Shown in pieces: positions 26,901 to 36,235 of a DNA stretch of 64,000 nucleotides. Position 1 is the first letter of the stretch. Every line of letters begins with the position of its first letter. The DNA is from Lingula anatina. Its lineage: Eukaryota > Animalia > Brachiopoda. The notes under the pieces were generated by a model. The model saw nothing but the letters and a program-made list of their open reading frames with translations, made no database searches and had not been told where the DNA came from. The stretch spans positions 62,784,788-62,848,787 of the forward strand of contig CM120640.1 of assembly GCA_051362555.1 (NCBI GenBank), given 5' to 3'. A program made the translations under genes and the position numbers.

Positions 26901-28184
26901 TATAAGTGGAACTCGGTGTAAGAGAAATAAACGTTTACATGTATATGAACTAGATCATATCAAGACAATTCTTACCATTGGTCTTTATATAGATTGCAGT
27001 CACTAGCTTTACCACTTTATCAATTTTATGCTTTGCCCTACCCCTTATGTCAATTGGTGAAAATGCCCAAAATCAGGTCGTACATGTAAGCACGGTATAG
27101 TACTGACAGGCCCCTTCATGACTTTGAATGTTTCGTGTCTTAAGATAGGAGAAAGTTACAACTTAAATGCCCTTTGCTTTAACTCCTTCGATTTTAAGTA
27201 TAATGAAACAAAGTGCCTTTCGTTGTATTTATTTATTTATAAGCAAGTTTTCAGTTAGTGCAATTTGAGAGCACTCGGAAAATAACTGGTACTTTTGGCA
27301 CTTGAGCTGGCATTGACATTAATTTTTCTTAATTACAATCAATAAATCGCTTACTGAACGGTAAATATTTACTCAAACAAAATCAGATGGAACTGAAAGC
27401 ATTAATCTCACATACACAAATATGTTTTGTACAAGTAGCCCGTTGAATGAAAGCCCTTCTTTAAGTCTAGCATATTTAAGAAAGTAACATTCAAGTCCGT
27501 TTCAGTGAAAGGTGAACTTTGAAGTGCTATCAAGCATTAGCATTTATCGGTCGACTTATACACCCTTTATTGACATGCCAAACCATGTTTGATTACAAAT
27601 ATTATTAATAGGTTTTCACCTTTCATTTGTCGTCATTTCTGTTATAAGAAACAAAAGTGAGGAATTATGAGAGAATTCGTTGTTGTCTGTTATGCATGTA
27701 GCAGCATTCTGCCAGTTCTTTTGCACTTTGCATATGCTAATACAACTTATCAAGATGCAATCACACAAAAAACACTTATATATCATTTAACGCCATATTT
27801 CTCGCAACAAAATAAACCGTATAGAAAGTAAGAGGCTTGTAAAAATTAAACAGATTCTCGAAGTGCTTTAAGGAAGCCACAACAAAGTAAGTGCGTGTGT
27901 GTTCATAAGTGTTGGCGGGTGCGCGTGCATGCAGCCACTAGAGGGCGACATCAACTGGTACATGCGCACTGTTTGCAGATTCTTTCCCAACTACTTATAC
28001 TCTCTGATAAGTAGATGTCAAAGAATAAATGTTGTTATACATATCCTCTGTTTCATTTTTTAATTTTTTTAAAAAAAGCAATGTTGTCTAGATAAATAAT
28101 TTATGCTTGTTTACCAAGCATTCTTTATTATAGGGAGCAGCACCATTCTTTATATATTTCGTAAACACTAGTAGTTTTAGTCAG

Positions 28185-28372
28185 AGTGGCAATAGTAATC
28201 GTTGAAGTAATAGTGGAAGTACCGCTGTAGAAGTAGTAGTAGTGGTAATTGTAGTGTCATTAGTATTAGTGGTCATTAGTGGTAGTAGTGGTCGTAGTGG
28301 TGGTAGGAGTAGTGTTAATAATGACAGTCGTGTTAGTAATGGTACGTGTTGTTGCAGTAATATGTAGTGATG

Positions 28373-28411
<39 letters not shown>

Positions 28412-28465
28412 CGTGTTGTTGTAGTAGTAGTAGGCCTAATGGTAATGGACTAATGGTGGTTTTTG
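28185..28465. repeat. (AGT/GTA)n trinucleotide and degenerate low-complexity tract
   Basis: Perfect (GTA)n core at ~28373-28411 with degenerate GTA/GTG flanks. Confidence 0.9.
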
Positions 28466-31400
28466 GGAAAGTTGTTTTAAAGGAATGGAAAAAGGTGGAC
28501 ATTAGCAATTAAAGGAAAGATGCTAAAACTCATAATCTCTATGAAGGGAGTATAATACCTCGCTCGTATGCCTTTAAATATGTTGAACGTGAACACAATT
28601 TCCTTTATATAATGCATTTGCTAGAAATTATGAATTCTTGTTTATTTGTTTCCACTATTATGTTGGTATATGGCATTTTACAAATAAGCAACTAAAAAGC
28701 ATACTTTTAACAATTCATATTTTGATCACTACTGCCAGCACTTAATGGTAATCACCGTTAAGTCTTTTTTTCACGGCGCTTGTCTCCATGGGCGGACAGG
28801 GTATACAGTGGCACGCGCCACGCGGTAAGCCACACCGCAATTTGATCCCCTAACACAAGCCTTGTGCTCCTTGTCAACCTACACGCGTGTCTCAAATGTT
28901 CTCTTAGGTACTCTTGAATCAATACAGGAGGGGTGAGTATTCGTGTTCTGGTGGGCACAGCATCCTAAACATGTAATAAGAGTGGAAAAAGCACCACCTA
29001 TTCAACAACCAAAAAGCGTCGATGAGAACCCAGGGCACCGTAAGCAAACTGTTTAAAACAGGCGTGTTTAATGGTGGTGTTGTGGACACTAACTCCAACA
29101 CGGAAATCACAATAGCTAAAGACGGGTCCCAGCTGACGCTGTGTACACACCCATTTTTCGATGTTTGTTTCTTCAGGTACTGAAGTGTACCTTTGTTGTC
29201 AAAGCCTTTGTATTGATTTAAACGAGATTCTAAGCTTATAGGGGGTACACAGCTGTTTGATATGGGATCTTATTCAAAAAGTTTTCTCAAGTTCAAATGT
29301 GAAACTTAATTAAGCAGCTGCCAGCAGTGTATGTATACCAGTTTTTTATCATCAGACCCGCATTCGTTTCATATCTTTTTAGTGGAAATTGAAATGCAAG
29401 AGGTTCGGATGGGGTTAACTTTTTTATTCTTGAGGAATTCTTGTTCATTTTTCCATTCACTAGCATTGCATGTCGTTCCAGAGTATTGAAAAACATGCCA
29501 TTCACCGCCTTATCTTCATTCATGAAAGATAAATACATGTTTGCAAACAATCTTAGCCGGGTTCTTTTGGGTGATTTTTTCAATGGAAGAATTGGTGAAC
29601 AGTGAAGGCCATCCAATATCCCCGGCGTTATAGATCTAGCGTTTGAAAAAGGAAGGAAATGAATATGAGACCCAACCCAACAATGGTTTTTTATGATAGA
29701 TCGAAAGATATAGCGGGATCAAGTTAAAGGAATTCAATTTTTAACTTATAAAACCAGTAGGGGCATAGCTAGGTGCGGCGGTTCGCTCCCTCGTGACTAG
29801 GGGGTACTCGTGACTGTCGGATTAAACTTGAGAGCTTTAAACATACTTTAAAAAAGCGTCCGAAGCTAAGTGAACAAACCTGAAAATATTAACTTAACAA
29901 TAGCGTCTGTACTCAAGGTTGCTATGCTGGCAACAAACGGGCGTCTGGTATGACGCCCTCAATCATGGGCGTAGGCCTAAGAGGCGCGGCAAGATGTGGA
30001 AAGATCGTAAAGGAAAGTATCTTATAGGCGTTGCAGTTTCTTTGTTGTATACAATGTAGCAGGAACCAATGTGAATGGACATCTAGTGTTGTATATCGTT
30101 TGAGGATTTTTATCATGTATAAATCTAGCATAAATTTAAATAACGAAACAAAAAATGAAAGATTATCATTTCCATCCATTTTCAATTACAGTTTCAATAA
30201 TGCAAATATCTTTCAAATACAACAAATATGCTGGGATTTTCAGTAGAGAAAATCTCAACACGTTTTAATTAAATTGATAAAATATTATTACATGAATGTT
30301 TTCATTGCCTTTTGTAACTTTATTACACATTACTCTCCTCTCGATTATTTCAACACGAGCACGGTCTGAATCCACTGATGATATCACAGCATTTGATAGA
30401 GACATCCCACGACAGCTATTCTGTGCACTAAGCCCTGTTTACAAACCTGTCGCGATGATTTGGCCAGCTGAGTGCCAAGTAAACAAGAGCCTGCGTGATG
30501 ATTGTTGCTGCCGTTAGTGTATGCATTGTCAAGGAATGCCCTGTGGAGGCGCGCAGAGAGCAAACAGTCTGCCTATACCAAAACAGACAGAAGTAACTTT
30601 CACTATATCAATTTACAAGGATTTAGTGAAAATCCTCAGCGAAAACGTATCACGGTATTACGTTGCACTCCCGGTGTCATGATTACCTTTGCTTGCTGTG
30701 AAACGGATTAAGTGCCCACGGATTATATATTGTCAACTGACCTGCCACTTAATTCATCAAAATAAATCACATTTCTTACAACGCATTTTTCATTCCCAAA
30801 TATTCGTCCGAAGAAAGCCAGAATTTGGAGTTACTGTGCTAGGGAAGCAAAATCCATTCATTTTTTTTATTTCAAAACACACTACATTTTTTTATTCACA
30901 CCTGGTCATCTTTTAAAACTGAAAAAGATTGGCTCTTAAAAAAAGAAATTAAGTTGTTTTGTTTTCAATAATCACGTACCTAAAGCACAACGTATCCACC
31001 GCAAACAACGTTATTCTAACTTAATGTAGCTTGGCTGTAAATCCTTAAAGAGCAATCGGTGAAATAAGCGAGGTGAAGTAAGTCGTTGCACAATCAGGCC
31101 AACTAGCAGCACAAATATGAGACTATGAGTCAACTTAGGAAGTTTTTACTTCAGCTGCTGAGGTGCGAGTTTATATCACTGCGGGCGGGTTTAGTAGTCG
31201 GCTCAAGAAGTTACACAATGGAACATTTTCAATAGATAATGCTGTTACTTTTGTTATCGCTGAAGGGACAAATAAAAAGCTCTGAATCAAGTGGATAGGT
31301 TTTTCTGTAACAAGTAGTGAAACTGCATGACATCTCAGTCAAAAGGTTTCTTTGCACTGTCTGATGAAGCTTAGGATTTAATAACAGTTTTCAAAGTGAA

Positions 31401-33639
31401 GGCCATACGTTTAAGTTTTACTGGTGTAGAGCACCTATTAGAGCATATTGGACACTGCGACTCACCGATATCATCTCTCTGCCATAAAATCTAATGATAG
31501 ATATTTTAATAATTTGCAGTTGCATGAAGTCATCATGTAGGGCGTTGGCTGGAGGGCGTGGAGACTCCAGTCTGTCTGGGTTCTGTGTCCACCACTCCGC
31601 CCTACCCGCCTTCCTTTAAAAAAACCCCGTAGTTGACTTCGGACCACCGACCCTGTGAATGACAGGTTGAAGGTTGTCAAAAATAAGCTTTGTTTCAGTT
31701 CGTGTTTTGCTACGTAACAAGCTGGCGTAAAATAGACGGGACCCTTATCGCTGTCACAAATTATACCCTATCCTCGTATCTAAAACGTAATCCGTGTAAT
31801 GTAATTGTCATTTGGGATCGAGACGCGAAGGGAACGGTGATTACGTCGCGGTGAAGGCAGGCGGAGAGGAAGTGAGGCACCGTATCACACACGCGCACCA
31901 AAAAGAGATATCATTATACCTCTTTGTCTTTCCCTCCCAACGTGCTTTTGCTCTTTGTTTGTGCCTGTCAAATACATGTACAGTGCTTGTTATCCACAAG
32001 AGATGGCTTCCTACTTCGTTGGCGTGTAATTTAACCTTCAAAAGTGATGACCAATTTAACGATTTCTTTTGTGCTCGATTATGTTGACAAAGTGTATATC
32101 ATAGATGTTCAAACATGGTGTAACGTGTAATATGATGCAATGCACGTAATTTGCTCATTTAGTAAGGAGTGTTGATTGTGAATTCGACCGGAAGATAATT
32201 ATGTATTCAATAAAGAATTTCGAAACATGAGTAAAAAGGAAAAAGAAAGAAACATGAAATAAGTAGGCTAAATTACACACAAGATAAATTTAAATCTAAA
32301 AAGAGAGGACATTTCAAAGAAAAACATGAAAGTTAGCCAGTACATTTTACATATGGGAACAAAAAAACAAAATAAGAAAGAAGGAATAAAGGAAGACAGA
32401 CAGAAGGAACATATCAAAGAAAGTAAAATACCACGACGACATACAGAATCCAATATGTGAGTGTTCTGGTGTGATGAGGGTCTTTATCTATCATCTGATA
32501 ACACTAATACATTTAAGATATTAAACATAAGAGTCTATCGATCCTTATGCAGACAAAAAGCATGTATGGAGCGCCCATTCTCCGGTTGCTAGGCAACGAC
32601 ACATAAGGCGTGAAGCTCTCGCCATATCATTTGGTTACTGCACCATGTTTGTGTTGCTTTCCACTTTCATGAAATTTATCACAATCAATTTTCTGTGTGA
32701 GGTACTCAGGCACGTGTCGCGGCTTTCAAAATAGGTGGGACGTTGAAAAGTAAAACAAATTTAGTCCAATAACGGGGTCCGCTTTGTCCGTGAATACCTG
32801 TGCGGGGACGATGGAAGGGTTAGATAATTTTAGATTTATACCGCGGCGATGAAATACAAATCATGTTAAACGTTGTGTAGGTTACAGCAATGACAGTGGG
32901 GTGTAACATAGTCGGCACGTTTGATACACGCTATAATAGACTCTTTCTGCTGAATATTAAAATGTTGTTTCAAAATGTCTTCAGTGAAGCCATGTTCTAC
33001 GTGTACCACATGGCGTGCTAGCAAATAAAACATGGGGTTTGTAGTATTATAGAAAAGATTACTTTAATACACACGTAACTCTCACACAAATGCTAGTTGT
33101 AGTCATCGTAACCTATCTAATGCGTCTGTCATTGTTCTGTCACTTTCTAACAAAGGTCAACCATATTTACTCCGATTTTCAACCCCAAAAGATCGATATA
33201 CTAGATCTTGATTGGCATTTCTTTGTTTCCCTGCTCTTTCTCCAATTTCAATCCTTAATTTGTGGTCAATATCAAACGATTTAACTGTAAATACCTGGAA
33301 GAGGTCTAGTGATTCACAAGATAATGCGTTTTCTACATTGACTTTCAACATCAGCTTGCTGGAAGATATTAAACTTTTAACAATATAAAAAGTGACGAGG
33401 TGTTTTTTTCTCGAGATTTTGTTGGCTATTCAAGAGACGTGATGAGACTATCAAACGGGCGCAGCGTTCTGTTTCACCTGGCGTCACTATTCAGAGCAGG
33501 TAGTTCTAGCTTCACACTGTTTTTCACAATCATGTGGCGCGCCAAAGAGAGTGGATTGTCACGCATGAAAGAAAGGAAAAAATTGTAGACCACGACATAT
33601 TAAAGCAGGGAACGCATTGACCTGACTACCGACCCATCA

Positions 33640-33930
33640 CTCTTTTCATCCCAGCCTCAGGTAGACCACAGTGTCGCACGTCGCGCACGAGCAAGTAACG
33701 CAATGACTGACAGCCCGGGTCCGTTAGGGCGGAGTTTAGGCTACTGAATAAACTTTATCGCGCTCCAAAACCACGCCTCCTCTAGTGTGGAGTGGCTCAA
33801 AAGGTGAAGTAAAATTTAAAGGTTTTCATTGTTAGTGAGACGATTCCGTGTCTCGGGAGCGCACGCGCTTGGCACACGCCTTAGAGGTGCAGGAATATTG
33901 TAGACTTTTTTCTTGGGCTTCCATCCAACG
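33640..33930 (+). promoter_or_regulatory. Proximal promoter/5' UTR of ASH paralog B
   Basis: CACGAG 33686-33691, CCGTTAG 33721-33727, GC box GGGCGGAG 33727-33734, TATA-like GAATAAA ~33746-33752, CACGCG 33862-33867; CpG-rich. Confidence 0.6.
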
Positions 33931-34626
33931 ATGGCGCAGTCCTCGGGAACTGCTCACACCGTTAACCTTCTGCCTGTAGCGGCGTTTGCAAACGGGAATA
34001 GTATCACACTGATCCCTGTTACCACCATCACGACATGTACTTCGCCGGAAAAATTAACGCAGCAACAAAACAACTATCTTTTGCTGACGACTTCGCCTTC
34101 GGCAGCAGGTGCGACATTTACGACCTCCAATGCTTCAAATCTAACCCCAACCCCTCCACTGAGACCCATGAAAAAAATTGAGCCAGCGTCACCCGGCGGA
34201 AACAGCCAAACATCAAGCCTGCGCTGTAAGAGAAGATTAGACTTTTCAAAATTCGGGCTAGAAAAACCTCGTCCGGCCGCGGTCGCGCGGAGGAATCAAC
34301 GTGAAAGAAATAGGGTCCGTCTCATCAACCACTGTTTTCACACATTAAGAGACCATGTTCCTAATAGTGTAAAAAATAAGAAACTGAGCAAAGTTGAGAC
34401 ACTTAGATCGGCTGCAGAATACATCAAGCAGTTACAAGACCTATTAGATGAAAATGATGCAGTGAATGCGGCGTTCAGTCAAGGGCACGCGTCGGTCTCA
34501 AGCTGCCATTCTCCCGGCTCGTCACAAGAAAGTCGCTCGCCCGCACCAAGTGAGACATCCGACTCGGAGGCTCACTTCAGTCCCGAAGAAGAAGATTTAT
34601 TAGACTTCGCAAGCTGGTTCGAATAA
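33931..34626 (+). CDS. ASCL1: Achaete-scute homolog (ASC-a/ASCL1-class bHLH), paralog B, 231 aa, single coding exon
   Basis: LRCKRRLDF motif, bHLH PAAVARRNQRERNRVRLINHCFHTLRDHVPNSVKNKKLSKVETLRSAAEYIKQLQDLLDENDAVNAAF and C-terminal SPEEEDLLDFASWF closely parallel vertebrate ASCL1 motifs (RCKRRLNF, LLDEHDAVSAAF, SPEEQELLDFTNWF). First ATG at 33931. Confidence 0.95.
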   Translation: MAQSSGTAHTVNLLPVAAFANGNSITLIPVTTITTCTSPEKLTQQQNNYLLLTTSPSAAGATFTTSNASNLTPTPPLRPMKKIEPASPGGNSQTSSLRCKRRLDFSKFGLEKPRPAAVARRNQRERNRVRLINHCFHTLRDHVPNSVKNKKLSKVETLRSAAEYIKQLQDLLDENDAVNAAFSQGHASVSSCHSPGSSQESRSPAPSETSDSEAHFSPEEEDLLDFASWFE

Positions 34627-35498
34627 ATTGGTAAGTTTTTCGGATTTATTTGATTGAATTTAAGTTTTAACAGTTAAAGTTTAATTTATTAATAAACAAG
34701 GACCGTTTTTATTTCTTGATACGAAGTTCGGTATTTTGGAGATGTAGTAAGATAATTATTTTGATGGTCCTCATTTGAAATTTTGATATGTATTCATACT
34801 GCCGAAAAGTATACACGGGAGAGAGAATTCGACAATGGCAGCAAAATTCACACAGTTAGTCAATGTTTACCTTGAGCATGAATGGCTGTGTTTGTTGACA
34901 TTGTGCAGCAAATGGAAATTGACAGGAAAGCTAAAGCAAATTGAACCGATAATGGTTGTTTAGATTGTTCCACACTTCGCCTGGCTAGGAGAGCGTTACG
35001 ATTGATCAGACTTACTTCGTTTAACAAAAAGTAAACGCTGACACGCTCCAAACAGTGCACTGCAATCACACCTTCTGCAATATTTCATTTCACACAGAAT
35101 TTTTTTCAAAATAGCAGACCGCCCATACTTGCGGAAATAATCGTATATTAAAAACTTTGTATCACTTAATCTTATTTTCGTCTGAATAAGGTGTTGAGTT
35201 ACTTTACATACTTGGTCTTTGTCTTTCAAAGACTAAAATGCAATTATTTCAGCCAATCTACTTATTCATGACTTTTAGTGTATTAGGGCCTTTTCCGATG
35301 CATTACTGGTTTGCAATATGTGTGTTATCGTTTCGATCGCTTGTTCCTCATATTGATAAAGCGCTGTGTTTGCCTGAACTTATTTTTATTTGCAGACGGA
35401 TCTTTTTATCTCGTTGGCACGTGCCAACTCGGCTCGATTACATAGAGTAAAAGGAAGATATATTTCATGGCAAATTAAATTTTTTTCTTTTTTTACAG

Positions 35499-36235
35499 AT
35501 TAGATCAAAGTGCTTAAGAAGAGTCATGTGAAACTCAACAATACAACGATTCTCTGATGCCATGCTGCCTGGGTCTTTCTCTTCCTGTGGAAGAAAACAC
35601 CTAAAGCCTGATTACTGCCAAAACGAAGCGGACGCCGGCGCACGCGAAAAAAAATTATCGAACTTATGCAAGCAACTGCCAATTTTAATTATCACATGAA
35701 CTGATGAGACATGCATTGTGTGTGAAAAATACGAGCTTTATGAAGGACTTATCGGTTTTGTAAATATTTAAAGAAAATAAGTTCTACTGATAGCTGAAAA
35801 TTGCGAGAAGTACTTGGTTGTGATAAGAAGTTGTGATATATGTACTGAAATTGCTTCCTTAGACACGCGCTTTTGTATGTCTTCCAATTTGCTTCCAATC
35901 TCTGCAGGCAGACGACACTTGAACGGCGCTAAAAACTCACCTTTTCTCTACTTACATCGTTTGTCTTCCATGCTAATTATTCACAAGAATTTTCACGAAT
36001 TTCACACCTTGATTTGAGACAGGTTGTACTTACGACGTAGAGGGCGAACAAACTGCGGATATATGCTATTTTATATAAAGCAAACTATTTTAGCTAAGAA
36101 AATTGAATCTTGTAATTTTGTAAATATGTCTGATTTTCTATATTTATAAGCTTGTTATATCTATATTTCTAAACATATGCAATCGATTACCAGCGAATTA
36201 AACTGCCAAATTAAAAGATATTTTGTGCTAGTTGT
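35499..36235 (+). other. Probable non-coding 3' UTR exon of ASH paralog B (intron 34631-35498)
   Basis: Consensus donor TTG|GTAAGT 4 nt after TAA; strong acceptor TTTTTTTCTTTTTTTACAG| ending at 35498; ATTAAA signals at ~36197 and ~36210; many miRNA-seed and Pumilio motifs inside. Confidence 0.7.

Noticed and set aside
28266-28512. Poly-Val/Ser and poly-Leu/Thr ORFs
   Set aside because: Translations of the (GTA)n low-complexity tract.
29496-29513. Partial similarity to the miR-124 complement (CATTCACCGC..CTTA), and a miR-9-like TCTTTGGGTTATCT near 21587
   Set aside because: Mature sequences are incomplete with indels and no hairpin was evident; probably chance.
33913-33930. TTG-initiated extension of ASH-B
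   Set aside because: Artefact of the bacterial-style ORF caller; the ATG at 33931 has good context.
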